64,000 nt of DNA, from positions 1 to 64,000 of IMG/VR virus record IMGVR_UViG_3300033143_006101; one strand, 5' to 3'. Position 1 is the first letter of the stretch. Each line of letters begins with the position of its first letter. The notes under the pieces were generated by a model, which was given only the letters and a program-made list of their open reading frames with translations, was not told where the DNA came from and searched no databases. The position numbers and the translations under genes were made by a program. This document shows positions 47,201-58,700 of the stretch, piece by piece.

Positions 47201-47824
47201 ATGATACTATTTGGAGATAAGATAGTTCCTTGGGAAGCTCAAGAATTTTTAAAAATACTTACTATTATTCAAGCAAATACAGTCATAGATTATATACGAT
47301 TAAATATGCTATGGCAATGTGCTAAACAAGTAATTACTTTAGATGGGGATGCTGCAGAAGTAGGAGTTTATAGAGGAGGTTCTGCAAGATTATTATCTGA
47401 AGTGTTACAAGGTAACTTGCATTTGTTTGATACTTTTGAGGGAATGCCGGAAACTAATCCAAATATAGATGTGCATAACGAAGGAGATTTTGCAAAAACT
47501 TCAATTGAAAAAGTAAAAACTTTTGTTGAAGCAGGACCAGGATCTGTCTATATCTACCAAGGTATTTTTCCGGAAACTGTAGAAGATTTTGATGAGGATA
47601 TTACATTTAAATTTGTTCATATAGATGTGGATATCTATAAATCTACAAAAGAAGGTTTTGAATTCTTTTACGATAAAATGATTTCAGGAGGAATTATGGT
47701 ATGTGATGATTATGGATTTAAAACATGCCCAGGTGCTAAAAAAGCTGTAGATGAATTTTTTAAAGATAGAGATGAAAACCCAATTTATATACCAACAGGA
47801 CAAGCAATAATAATAAAATTATAG
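47201..47824 (+). CDS. TylF/MycF/NovP-family sugar O-methyltransferase
   Basis: GDAAEVGVYRGGS, LFDTFEGMP, FVHIDVDIYKS, GGIMVCDDYG, GAKKAVDEF. Confidence 0.9.
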   Translation: MILFGDKIVPWEAQEFLKILTIIQANTVIDYIRLNMLWQCAKQVITLDGDAAEVGVYRGGSARLLSEVLQGNLHLFDTFEGMPETNPNIDVHNEGDFAKTSIEKVKTFVEAGPGSVYIYQGIFPETVEDFDEDITFKFVHIDVDIYKSTKEGFEFFYDKMISGGIMVCDDYGFKTCPGAKKAVDEFFKDRDENPIYIPTGQAIIIKL

Positions 47825-47834
47825 GTGGTGCCAT

Positions 47835-48587
47835 ATGGATGCTTTAGATTTAATTATAATTAGTGGGCTTCCTAGATCAGGAACAACTTATATCCACAAT
47901 GCACTTGCCAGATATGGTAAGAAAAGTAATATATTTGGTATTAGAAACGTAGTTAGGAATAGTAGATTTTGTGATTTAGAATTAGAAGATCATCAGTATG
48001 TAGAAACAGATGCTTTTTATGATTCTCCTTATTTTTCTAATTTTTTACCTGATTATAAGTTGCCTCATTGGATAACAAGTGAACCAGCAATATGTAATAC
48101 ATATAATGGTGATTTGACAGATATTGTATTACTATTATTAAAACATTGGAGAATAAAATTATCTAATCCAACATTAACTGTAATTTATAAACATCCACAA
48201 GCCAGTTTTAGAATACCTTTAACATTACCAAATAATAAAATTCTTTATATTATATGCAATAGAGAAAAAGAAAACTGGAAGAATGCTGTAATAAAAGATA
48301 AATTTACAGATAGTGTAGATATAAATGCTGGTGCTCCATGGGTAAAAGCAAATTGGGGAAAGGAATGGAAAGAACCAATAGAATTAGATGATAGATTAAA
48401 TCATTTATATACTATTTGGAACACTATTAATAACAAAATATTATCAGATCCAAATTTAATCACATTCGAATTTAGTTATGAAAATCCCGAAAGAGACACG
48501 AATAAAATTTTAAGTTATTTAAATTTAAAAGAATTTGTAAAAGATGCAATAAAAAATTGGAAACCATTAAATAAAAAAGGACAATAA
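47835..48587 (+). CDS. sulfotransferase-like protein
   Basis: N-terminal ISGLPRSGTT PAPS-binding loop; KHP; SYE. Confidence 0.65.
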   Translation: MDALDLIIISGLPRSGTTYIHNALARYGKKSNIFGIRNVVRNSRFCDLELEDHQYVETDAFYDSPYFSNFLPDYKLPHWITSEPAICNTYNGDLTDIVLLLLKHWRIKLSNPTLTVIYKHPQASFRIPLTLPNNKILYIICNREKENWKNAVIKDKFTDSVDINAGAPWVKANWGKEWKEPIELDDRLNHLYTIWNTINNKILSDPNLITFEFSYENPERDTNKILSYLNLKEFVKDAIKNWKPLNKKGQ

Positions 48588-49367
48588 ATGAATCTATTAG
48601 GTGGATCTTTATTCGTACATAACGGATTAAAATATGATTATTGTTTAAAAGAAGCTGTAGAGAGTCTTTTAGATTTGTGTGATGAAGTAGTTATACTTGA
48701 TGCCGAAAGTGACGATGGTACTTTAGATTTTTTACATAAAATGGCTAAGGAACATTCCAATTTAAAAGTATATGATCATGGAAAATGGGAATGTGCATCA
48801 GACTGGAATAGATTACGACTACTTGCTAATGAAACAAAAAATATATTAAATACCGAATGGCATTTCATGCTTCAAGCAGATGAAGTTATACATGAAAATT
48901 CTTTTGATGCAATTCGAAAAGCTATAAGTGATTCCCAAAAACACGATACTTTTTGGGGGTACAGAATAAATGTGTTTAAAGATTTTGATCATTATATAGC
49001 GTTTAATAGTAAAACCAAACCATGCGGGGATAAGATAATTAGATTAGGAAAAACGTATATTGATGCTATAGGAGATGCTGAATCATTAAGTCTAACACAT
49101 CATAGTAATAAATATTTATCAAAAATAATAATGTTTCATTATGGTATAATAAGAAAACCGGATATTATGTTAGATAAATATATAAGCATGCAATCATGGT
49201 TTTTTGATCATGGGAAAATAGATCCAAGAATATTAGAGATGAAAAAAACAGATGGAATATTTAAACCAGAAAAAATAATAGAAGGTATAACATTAGATAA
49301 ACTTAAATGGACACATCCTAAATATGCTGAAGAATGGGTAAAAGAACGAAGACATTTTTATGAATAA
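48588..49367 (+). CDS. GT2-family glycosyltransferase
   Basis: CDEVVILDAESDDGT, WHFMLQADE, MFHYG. Confidence 0.85.
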   Translation: MNLLGGSLFVHNGLKYDYCLKEAVESLLDLCDEVVILDAESDDGTLDFLHKMAKEHSNLKVYDHGKWECASDWNRLRLLANETKNILNTEWHFMLQADEVIHENSFDAIRKAISDSQKHDTFWGYRINVFKDFDHYIAFNSKTKPCGDKIIRLGKTYIDAIGDAESLSLTHHSNKYLSKIIMFHYGIIRKPDIMLDKYISMQSWFFDHGKIDPRILEMKKTDGIFKPEKIIEGITLDKLKWTHPKYAEEWVKERRHFYE

Positions 49368-49388
49368 CATAAAGTAGGAGAAAAATAG

Positions 49389-51128
49389 ATGAATAACTTT
49401 ACAAGTATTATAATAATTAATTGGAATGGGGTTCGATTTTTAACAACGGCTATTAGTTCTCTTTACAGATTCAGGAATAAAACTCCTTTTGAAATAATTA
49501 TAGTAGATAATGGATCCACAGATAAAAGTGTAAAGTATATAAAACGTATCACACATGAAAAATCAAATATAATAGCTATTTTTAATAAAGATAATAAAGG
49601 TTTTACAGTTGCTAATAACCAAGGAATAGAAGCTGCTACTGGAAAATATGTAATGCTTTTAAATAATGATATAGAAATAAGAGGCAGTGAATGGTTAGAT
49701 AAAATGATTAATTTTCTAATAATAAATCCAGAAGCAGGTGTAATAGGACCGCGTGGTGGAATTCTAACTAAAAGTTTAGAATTTATAGGCATAAAACCAA
49801 ATGAATATAATGGTATGGTAGATTATATCGAAGGATGGTGTTTTTTATTTAAAAGATCACTTGCTGAAAAAATTAAATTATGTCGTGAAGAACTATGGGA
49901 TATGAAAGCAAATTATCTATGTGAAGAAATGTTTATCTTTGCTGAAGATTCAGAATTTTGCCAACGTTCTAAAATGTTAGGACACGAATGTTATCAAATA
50001 GGTAACGTACCTATTCATCATTTTGGAAATTCCACTATTAAACATCAAGTAAAAGAAAATCCCGATGCAGATTACGATTATAAAGATGTAAGTAATGATA
50101 GTACTCAAATATTAAAAAATCTATTAAATAATAAACAATTAGTTAATACTGATATAAAAAAGATTTTAATAATGAGAGGTAATGCTAGAGGAGATGTTTT
50201 AAATACCACACCAGCTATAAAAGCATTAAGAAAAAAACATCCTGATGCTTTTATAGGTTTTGTTTGTTTTTATCCTTCTTTTGATATTTTAAATCTAAAT
50301 CATGATTTGGATTGTGTTTTTCCTGTTCTTGAAGAAACAATACATGGATTTCATCCAAAATTACTTCAGTTTGAATGGGATGAAATATATCATTTAGGAG
50401 ACAAAATGTTTCCAAGTATGAAGACAGTCATAGACCATTTTTACAATAGTGATGCAATAATAGATACTAAACATGAATTAATGGCTTCGCAGGATGTGAG
50501 TACAAGAATGAAAAGAGGAGCAGCAAAGAAACCTTATTCTAAGATTTTTGCTGAAATGATTAATATTGAATTAGATGATTTAAAACCTACTTTAAATATC
50601 AGCTCAAAAGTAATAAATGATGCCAAAAAGTTATTACAACATTTAGATAAAAAAAGAAAAACAGTAGCTTTATGTCTTGATTCTCATTGGATAACACGTA
50701 CTTACCCTATACCCAAAAGAACAAATATAATACATAGTTTATTAAAAGAATACAATGTAGTATTATTAGGAATAAGTAGTTATCGATTTAAAACACCTGA
50801 AGCTAATCATTTTGTTAATCTATTAAATCGAACATCAATAGAGTTATTATGTGCTATATTAAATCAAATTGATGCTATTGTTACAATAGATACATTAACA
50901 CTTCATATAGGTTTAGCTTATAAAAAACCAATGGTATCTCTATGGAATATAACAGAACCATTTCATGTAATGTCATACCAACCAAAGAATCAAATAAAAT
51001 TATTTTCGGATTTAGCATGTTCACCATGTTATTTAGAAGTCTGCACAAATCATAATTATGCTTGTTACAACCAACTCTTCCCAGAACGAATTGTAGATGC
51101 ATTACATTATTTAATAAAGGATAAATAA
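49389..51128 (+). CDS. GT2 + GT9 (heptosyltransferase-like) fusion
   Basis: N-term IIVDNGSTD, NKGF..ANNQG, LLNND, EDSE; C-term RGDVLNTTPAIKALRKKHPDA, TIDTLTLHIG, CSPC...C...C. Confidence 0.85.
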   Translation: MNNFTSIIIINWNGVRFLTTAISSLYRFRNKTPFEIIIVDNGSTDKSVKYIKRITHEKSNIIAIFNKDNKGFTVANNQGIEAATGKYVMLLNNDIEIRGSEWLDKMINFLIINPEAGVIGPRGGILTKSLEFIGIKPNEYNGMVDYIEGWCFLFKRSLAEKIKLCREELWDMKANYLCEEMFIFAEDSEFCQRSKMLGHECYQIGNVPIHHFGNSTIKHQVKENPDADYDYKDVSNDSTQILKNLLNNKQLVNTDIKKILIMRGNARGDVLNTTPAIKALRKKHPDAFIGFVCFYPSFDILNLNHDLDCVFPVLEETIHGFHPKLLQFEWDEIYHLGDKMFPSMKTVIDHFYNSDAIIDTKHELMASQDVSTRMKRGAAKKPYSKIFAEMINIELDDLKPTLNISSKVINDAKKLLQHLDKKRKTVALCLDSHWITRTYPIPKRTNIIHSLLKEYNVVLLGISSYRFKTPEANHFVNLLNRTSIELLCAILNQIDAIVTIDTLTLHIGLAYKKPMVSLWNITEPFHVMSYQPKNQIKLFSDLACSPCYLEVCTNHNYACYNQLFPERIVDALHYLIKDK

Positions 51129-51129
51129 T

Positions 51130-51462
51130 ATGAAAGGAAAGTGTGCGAAAGTAACTACTATAGCTATAATAGTAAATAATGGTGAATACTGGGTAGGAAC
51201 AAATTGGTGTGAAATCCCACAAGAAACGTGCCCAAGAGATGAACAAGGTTTTAAAACAGGTGAAGGGTATGAGTTATGTAAAGATGTTTGTTTACAGAGA
51301 TATCATGCAGAAATAGATGCTTGCATTAATGCTGGATTAAATGCGAAAGGAGCAGATTTGTATTTAATAGGTCATTACTATTGTTGTGATGATTGTAAGA
51401 AAGTCATGAAAGAATTTGGTATAAAAAATATTCATATATTTAGTAAATCAGATAAGGAATAG
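51130..51462 (+). CDS. zinc-dependent cytidine/dCMP deaminase-like protein
   Basis: HAEIDA...GADLYL...CCDDC. Confidence 0.75.
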   Translation: MKGKCAKVTTIAIIVNNGEYWVGTNWCEIPQETCPRDEQGFKTGEGYELCKDVCLQRYHAEIDACINAGLNAKGADLYLIGHYYCCDDCKKVMKEFGIKNIHIFSKSDKE

Positions 51463-51465
51463 AAA

Positions 51466-52191
51466 ATGGAAAAATGCATTTGTAATCATAAAAAAACAAT
51501 AGAATCTTTTACTATCAAAGTTAATGAAATGGAATTAATATATGCACGGTGCAATAATTGTTTATCATACAGAATGATGAATCCTCTTAATACTGAAGAA
51601 ATACTTGAATATTATAATAAAGAAAAACCAACTCGAGTATCTGCAGATTTTAGAAAAGCTTTAGCACATACTGCAAATGAGGATTTTAAAGCATTAAAAC
51701 AATATAATACAGATCATGTATGTAGAGGAAAAAGATTATTAGATATAGGATGTTCAGAAGGTACTTTTGTCCAGGTTACTGCACAACGAAAATATGATGC
51801 TTATGGAATAGATATAGCTACTGAATTAATTGCATATGGAAAAGAAAGAGGGGTGGCTCTTGAAGTAGCAGATTACTTATCATTTAATAAACAATCTTGG
51901 GATATAATAACATTACATGATGTATTAGAACATGTATATCAACCAAGAAAATATTTAGAAAAAGCTTACACAGAGTTAACTCCTAGTGGAATAATCCAAC
52001 TTAGATTTCCAGCATATATTTATGCTAATAATTTGGAAACATGGGGGCATGCAAGAACAGATCATAATTGGTTGTTTAATATACAAGGGCTTATTGTAAC
52101 ATTAACTGAGATAGGATTTGAAAATTTCAGAGTCCTAGATTACAAGCATGGGGCATACCCGGGTTGTGTTATGATTATGTGCCAAAAATAA
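51466..52191 (+). CDS. class I SAM-dependent methyltransferase with N-terminal zinc motif
   Basis: LLDIGCSEG, YGID, DIITLHDVLEH, LTPSG. Confidence 0.85.
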   Translation: MEKCICNHKKTIESFTIKVNEMELIYARCNNCLSYRMMNPLNTEEILEYYNKEKPTRVSADFRKALAHTANEDFKALKQYNTDHVCRGKRLLDIGCSEGTFVQVTAQRKYDAYGIDIATELIAYGKERGVALEVADYLSFNKQSWDIITLHDVLEHVYQPRKYLEKAYTELTPSGIIQLRFPAYIYANNLETWGHARTDHNWLFNIQGLIVTLTEIGFENFRVLDYKHGAYPGCVMIMCQK

Positions 52192-52217
52192 ATGAGATGA
52201 ACTAAAAGGAGATTAAT

Positions 52218-53180
52218 ATGAATTTAGGAAAGGATCCCATTATTCAACGATGGGAAAATAATTACGATGAAAATGTACTTAATAAAGCATTTAACGGAGA
52301 AGATGTAAGACCTTATAAATTTTTACTAAATAATACACATTATCATAATGTTCCAGTAGTGCTGGTGGCTGCAGGACCATCATTAGATAATAATCTAAAA
52401 TACCTTAAAGATTTTCAGAAAAATGCTATTATTTTAGCAGTTGATGTTATCCTTTTTAAACTACTAGAATACGACATAATACCAGATTTTGTGGTTAATA
52501 TAGACCCTTCTGATATGTTTATTCGCTTTTGGGAGGATTTAGACACATCAAATTTAACTCTTATTTGTCCCACAACAACACATCCAAAAGTGCTACAAAC
52601 ATGGAAAGGAAGAAAGTTCTTTTATAATCAAATAGATCAAAAGAAATCAGAAAAAGGAAGAGCTCTTAAAAGATTAATAAAAACCACAGCGGGATATGGG
52701 AAAGTAATCAATCGCTATTTTATAGGAGCAACATCGGCTCAAATAGCATCAATATTCAATCCTGATCCTTTAATCTTGGTTGGATATGATTTTGCATATA
52801 CTGGTGGAAAAGCTTATTGTGACGGATTTTTAGAAAGAAAAATATACGATGACACAACAGAAAAAGGATCACCAGAACATATTAGAAATATTAATTCACT
52901 GAAGTATAGAGAACGAAATGAAGAAATGAAAGTAAAAGATATTTATGGTATGGAAGTATATACATCAAAACAGCTTAACTTTTATAGCATTGTATTAATT
53001 CATTTACTTTATAACGAATTACGCATTAAGAACGTAATTAATGCAACTGAAGGTGGTGTTCTAAAAGATACCCCAAACATGTCATTAAAAAATGCTTTAA
53101 ATCAATATTGTAAATCGGAAATCCAAAAGAAAGATGTATTTAGTTTAATTAAAAGAAAAAAGAAAAGGCGTAAGAAATGA
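52218..53180 (+). CDS. Maf/DUF115-family protein (motility-associated-factor glycosyltransferase-like)
   Basis: VLVAAGPSLDNN, IIPDFVVNIDP, LILVGYDFAY, VINATEGG. Confidence 0.8.
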   Translation: MNLGKDPIIQRWENNYDENVLNKAFNGEDVRPYKFLLNNTHYHNVPVVLVAAGPSLDNNLKYLKDFQKNAIILAVDVILFKLLEYDIIPDFVVNIDPSDMFIRFWEDLDTSNLTLICPTTTHPKVLQTWKGRKFFYNQIDQKKSEKGRALKRLIKTTAGYGKVINRYFIGATSAQIASIFNPDPLILVGYDFAYTGGKAYCDGFLERKIYDDTTEKGSPEHIRNINSLKYRERNEEMKVKDIYGMEVYTSKQLNFYSIVLIHLLYNELRIKNVINATEGGVLKDTPNMSLKNALNQYCKSEIQKKDVFSLIKRKKKRRKK

Positions 53181-55738
53181 TAGGTGATATAAATAATTTT
53201 GTTCTATCCTCTAGAAGTCTAGAAAACGGCACAACAACTCTTACTTTTGAATTCGATAAGCCTAGTGGAGATTATGGTGCTTACAAATTATACCAGAAAC
53301 TTGCTGGTGGAGGTTTTGAAGAAGCCAAATTAAGAATAGATTATGCTCATTATAAAGAAGATTATGAAGCTGATTACACCTACGAAGCAAACAATAAAGT
53401 TTATTTCGAATACTCTTTTGGACCAGGAATAACAGATGGCAGATTAATAGAATTCAGATTAAGGGCTATCTCTGTTGCAAACGAACTCTCAAATCCTTCT
53501 TCAACTTTAGATATCTATATAGCACCTTCTATACCAACAAATTTTTTAACTACTTATAATGGTTATGAAATAAATCTAGATTGGGATGATTTAAATACTT
53601 CTACAGGAATGAATTCTCACGTATTAAATTTTATTGTTAGAAGAAAGGGTGTCACAGAAATTCCTACTAGTGCAGTAGAATATGATACAGAAACATATAC
53701 ACTTACACATACATCATTTACAAAAGGATCAGCATTATGGGTAATTGATATTGCTAAAAGAAGTAAATGGTTTGGTAATATAACAACAGAAGGTGAATTT
53801 GTTTTATCAGATGCAAATAAAATTACTTTATCAAGTGACACTGCCTCAAACTATACTATTTTAAAAGATAATCTAAGATTTTTGATAGAGAAGAGCTCAG
53901 ATATAACAAATTTAGGATATCCAACTACAAGTGCTTTTATAGATACTACTTTTACAATTGATTATTATTATATATATACTGTAGCTGTTGAAGGGGGAGA
54001 TAGTCAAGAAAGTGAAGAAGTTAAATTTCCTTTATTTGCAATAGATGTTAATAAAGCATATCCTTATTTAAGATCCCCGGGTAATTCGGACAATGAAATA
54101 TTACAACAACCTTATTGGAAATATCTAAAAGAAGTTTTAATTGATGCAAACTATTATGATAAAACACAATTTGCAATTCCTTTTTTTAAACATGAAGAGT
54201 ATAATCTAAAAGGATATATAGGAGTTAGTGAATGTAAAGTAGATATATTCGTTAATAATATCTATGATCATACAGTAATATCGGGTACTTATGGAGAATT
54301 TGATATAGATTATCCATTTAAGAAAGGAGAAACAGAAATCTATATTCAAGCCAGGGATAAATACAATATAAAATTCTCAAGAAAGAGTGCCCCTTATAGT
54401 ATTAGAACACTTAATATGTATACATGGTTTTCTGCATTAGGTAAAGAATACAAAGAGATAGTAGATACTATTTTAGAAATTAGAAATACTGTGGATATAA
54501 CTAATGTAACTTATGGTGTCTATCAAGATGTTTATGCTCCTTTTATAGAGATATATAAATCTGGGGATGAAGATAGTGATGCTTTTATGACTATGGCATC
54601 AGAAGTATTTAAAGCATTTGAATATGCTGCATACGATAAAAGCTTAGAGATGGTATTAGATGCCTTTCAAGCGAAAATCCCAGAGTTTGATCATTATGAA
54701 TTATTTTTTAATAATGATCATGTGGAAACACATAAATCAGGAGGAACATTTACATATAGAGATAGCGTATTATCCGGGTTAAATTATTGGTATGGTATTT
54801 CAGCTTTTAATACTAGTACTGGAGCAGAAACAGATGCTACAACAATAAGAGTAGATAGAAGATGGTGGGAAAGAGGATATAATGGTATCAATGTTATAAC
54901 ATGGGATGAAATTAAAAATGCTGATAATTATAAAATATATAAAGGATCCGATGAAGAGGAATTGGCTTATATTACAACTACTCCAGCTAATTTATATTGT
55001 GATATAGGACAACATGCAGAAATTGTATCTAATACACCACGGTTGTTTAATTATACTAGTTTAGATAAACCCAGTAATATAGTAGTGGATAATGGTGTTT
55101 ATGTAACAAAAATCCATGAAAGACTTAAAAAACCCAATGCAATGACTATTGTTTTATTCGGAGTAGGTTATCAAGAAATTCCAGATATGGAAATGTATAG
55201 AATTCGGATTTTATTAGATAAACTTATTCCTCCAGAAATAAGATATACATTACTCTTTGCTCGGGATCCAGAAGTCGATGTTATAATTGGTAAAGAGATT
55301 ACTGCTAATGGTATCCATTACATGCTTAGTGGAGATATCTGGTCCGGATTATATTTAGATATTACAAACTCTAACCCACTCGAAGTAGTTACATCTAATG
55401 AGGTTCCTGAAGAATACTTAACATATACAGATATCGATGGTAGTACAGAAGAATATGATAATATAATTACAGCAATTTATCAATCAGATCCACAATCTGA
55501 TCCAAATGGGTTTAGTCATATTAGTTGGGAAGCAGATGGGGATCCTGGAGATATCATGTTTCAATACAGGATATCAGAAGATGGAATAACATTTAATGCA
55601 TGGTCAGAAGAAATAGATGCCATTGAAAATAGTATTAAAGTTTTTAGTGAAGATCCTGTTTCATTCGAATACAGACTTGTATTTTACTCTCCAAATTGGA
55701 GTGATACTGATAACGTAAGAGTTTTAGAGATAGTATAG
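53177..55738 (+). CDS. baseplate wedge/fibre-attachment protein with Fn3-like domains
   Basis: Fn3-like segments (FRLRAISVANELSNPS, YIYTVAV, ITWDEIKNADNYKIY); LDKLIPPEIRY resembles the gpI/gp7 C-terminus. Confidence 0.6.
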   Translation: MIGDINNFVLSSRSLENGTTTLTFEFDKPSGDYGAYKLYQKLAGGGFEEAKLRIDYAHYKEDYEADYTYEANNKVYFEYSFGPGITDGRLIEFRLRAISVANELSNPSSTLDIYIAPSIPTNFLTTYNGYEINLDWDDLNTSTGMNSHVLNFIVRRKGVTEIPTSAVEYDTETYTLTHTSFTKGSALWVIDIAKRSKWFGNITTEGEFVLSDANKITLSSDTASNYTILKDNLRFLIEKSSDITNLGYPTTSAFIDTTFTIDYYYIYTVAVEGGDSQESEEVKFPLFAIDVNKAYPYLRSPGNSDNEILQQPYWKYLKEVLIDANYYDKTQFAIPFFKHEEYNLKGYIGVSECKVDIFVNNIYDHTVISGTYGEFDIDYPFKKGETEIYIQARDKYNIKFSRKSAPYSIRTLNMYTWFSALGKEYKEIVDTILEIRNTVDITNVTYGVYQDVYAPFIEIYKSGDEDSDAFMTMASEVFKAFEYAAYDKSLEMVLDAFQAKIPEFDHYELFFNNDHVETHKSGGTFTYRDSVLSGLNYWYGISAFNTSTGAETDATTIRVDRRWWERGYNGINVITWDEIKNADNYKIYKGSDEEELAYITTTPANLYCDIGQHAEIVSNTPRLFNYTSLDKPSNIVVDNGVYVTKIHERLKKPNAMTIVLFGVGYQEIPDMEMYRIRILLDKLIPPEIRYTLLFARDPEVDVIIGKEITANGIHYMLSGDIWSGLYLDITNSNPLEVVTSNEVPEEYLTYTDIDGSTEEYDNIITAIYQSDPQSDPNGFSHISWEADGDPGDIMFQYRISEDGITFNAWSEEIDAIENSIKVFSEDPVSFEYRLVFYSPNWSDTDNVRVLEIV

Positions 55739-55748
55739 GAGATAATTC

Positions 55749-58700
55749 ATGCCATATATTACAGTTCCTACCAGAACCCAAACACTGTCATCAATGTATG
55801 CAGATATAAATCAGCTACAATCTAATATAAATGCGATGTTAGATGCATCCAAAGCGTTTACTGATTTAGCTGTTGATGAAGATGTAACATTTAGCGGTCT
55901 TACAGCAATGCGATTACTTGCTATTGATTCATCTAATAAAGTAGTAAATACTAATTTAAATCAATGGATAAATGGTACCGGTAATCAAATTACTGTTACA
56001 GATAATGGTAATGGAACAGTTACTATGTCTGCTCCTCAAGATATTCATTCTGGGGCATCTCCTACTTTTGCTGACTTGACTCTATCTTCTCCCTCTACAA
56101 TATATGGTTTAGATCATGATAGTTTTGCTGGTTATGTGGCAGCAGAGCATTTAAATTGGACAGTAAATACCGGAAGTGTTATTGATGATAATAACATAGC
56201 TGCAAGTTCAATTACACAACATGAAGGTAGTATTACTCATAACAATTTAGCAGGAGTTACAGCTAAAGAACATATAGATTGGACAGTTGATGCTGATCCA
56301 TATAATGTACATAAATTAAATATCACATGGGATTCTATAACACAACATGAAGCTCAGATCAATCATGACAATTTATTTGGATTTGTAGCACTTGAACATA
56401 TCGATTGGACTAATGCAACTCAGAATATAGATACAAGTGGTACAATTAATGGTACTACTTTAAAATATAATGAAATAGATATAAATAATAGTAACGCTCT
56501 TAGTAATGTAGTCTATTTAGATATAGACAATACATTTCTAGAAAATATGATTATAACAAAAGATCTTACTGTTATAGGTGATTTTATTGTAATAGGTGAT
56601 ACATATGCTGCAGAAGTTGAAACAGTGCTTATTTCAGATAATCTTGGTATTATTAATTATGGTGAGACTGGTACAGGCATAACAGCTGGTTTTGCTGGTT
56701 GGGAAGTAGATAGAGGTATTTATGCCGCTCCTTATAGATGGGGATTTGAGGAATCTACTGATACTTGGAGATTAGGTGAATCCTATTATGATATAGATGT
56801 AACTACTTCAACCGGAACTTTTGTAGTAGGAGATATAATTTTAACATCTACTGGAGAACGTGGTAAGGTGTTTGATATTACTGGAAGCGTTTTATCTACA
56901 GGTGTTCATGTAGGTGTTTTTTCTACAGGAATGTATGTATATACTTCTACTGGTGCAGCTGGAACAATCACATCCGTATCAGAAGTTGAATCTTTGCAAG
57001 CAGTTGCAACTCGAGAAGATAGTCCTACTTTAAATGGAATACCTTATTGGAATAATACACTTAAACAATTTAATACAAGTTCGAGTATTGTTTGGGATAC
57101 TTCAACGACAGGAGCAGCTAAAGGAGATCTATTAATACGTAGTAGTACTGGATTTACAAGATTAGCTGTTGGATCCAATGGACAAACAATAATAGCGGAT
57201 AGCTCTGAAACTACAGGGATTAAATGGGCCGGGCATGATTCACTTGATGAATATGTTGCCAATGAACATATAGATTGGACGGGGGCCAGTGCTGGAACAA
57301 TTGATCCTACAAATTTAGGATTACATGCAAGTCGACATGAAATTGGTGGGGCTGATCTTATAGATCATGATAATTTAACAAACACACATGATCTTACAAC
57401 TGACATTGATCACGATACAATTACAAATAATCATAATCTTACAACTGATATTGATCATGATCAATTAACAAATTTTGTTGCAAATAAACATATAGATTGG
57501 ACAGGAGCTAGTAATAATCTAGTTACATCTGGATACATTAGAATATCTAATAATGAAATTAGATTTTATGACAATGGATCCAATTATGTAGGATTTAAAG
57601 CTCCCGCTTTAACAGGAGATCAAATTTGGACACTACCTGATTCTGATGGAACTACAGGTCAAGTCCTAGCAACAAGTTCTGGTTTATTATATTGGTCTGA
57701 TATAGTTGCAACTTCTGTCATTTCGGATTCAGATGGTAATACATTATTAGGAACCGGTACAGGTACTAATTTAAGTTCACCTGATGCAACATATAATACT
57801 TTTATTGGTGTTAATGCTGGCTATGATGTCACAACAGGTGATTATAATTGTTATATAGGATATTATGCTGGTGAGAATACAGGAGTTGATGTACAATACC
57901 AAACATTTATTGGTGCCTATGCTGGACAGAACAACACTGCTAGTTATGCTACAGCAATTGGATATCAAGCCGGTTTAGCTTGTGCAGGTACTGGTGTAGC
58001 TATAGGGTATCTAGCTGGACAATCTGGTTTAAGTTATGGTGTGGCTATAGGACAGGAGTGTGCTACTGGAGGATTAGGATCAAGAAGTGTAGCAATAGGT
58101 TATAAATCATGTTTTGGTAATGCTAATGGAGCTCAAGATTGTGTCTTTGTAGGATATACAGCCGGTTTAAATAATGCAGGTGGTGATGGAAATACAGGAG
58201 TGGGTGCTAGTGCATGTAAAAATGCTGGTGCTAAAACTGGTAATACTGCTATAGGTAACCATAGTCAATATGATGCTTCTGGTAATTATAATACATCCTT
58301 TGGTGCTCATTCACTATATGATTGTGGTGGTGGTTATAATGTAGCAGTAGGCTATGAAGCTGGACATTTTGTAACTAATAATTATAATATACTTATAGGA
58401 TTTCAAGCTGGTTATAGATGTCAAGGTAGTTATAATATAGGTATTGGACGAAAAGCATGTGGAAATGATACAGGAGGAACTAAAGATTATAATGTTGCTA
58501 TAGGAGATATCTCCCTAACTGCAATAACTACTGCTGTTGATAATACTGCTATAGGTACTAATTCAGGAAGTGTTTTAACTACTGGTTCTTCTAATGTGTT
58601 AATAGGTCATGATGCTGGTAGTACTTTAACAACTGAATCAAATCTACTTTATATAGAAAATACAAATTCTGCAACACCCCTCATTTATGGTGAATTTGAT

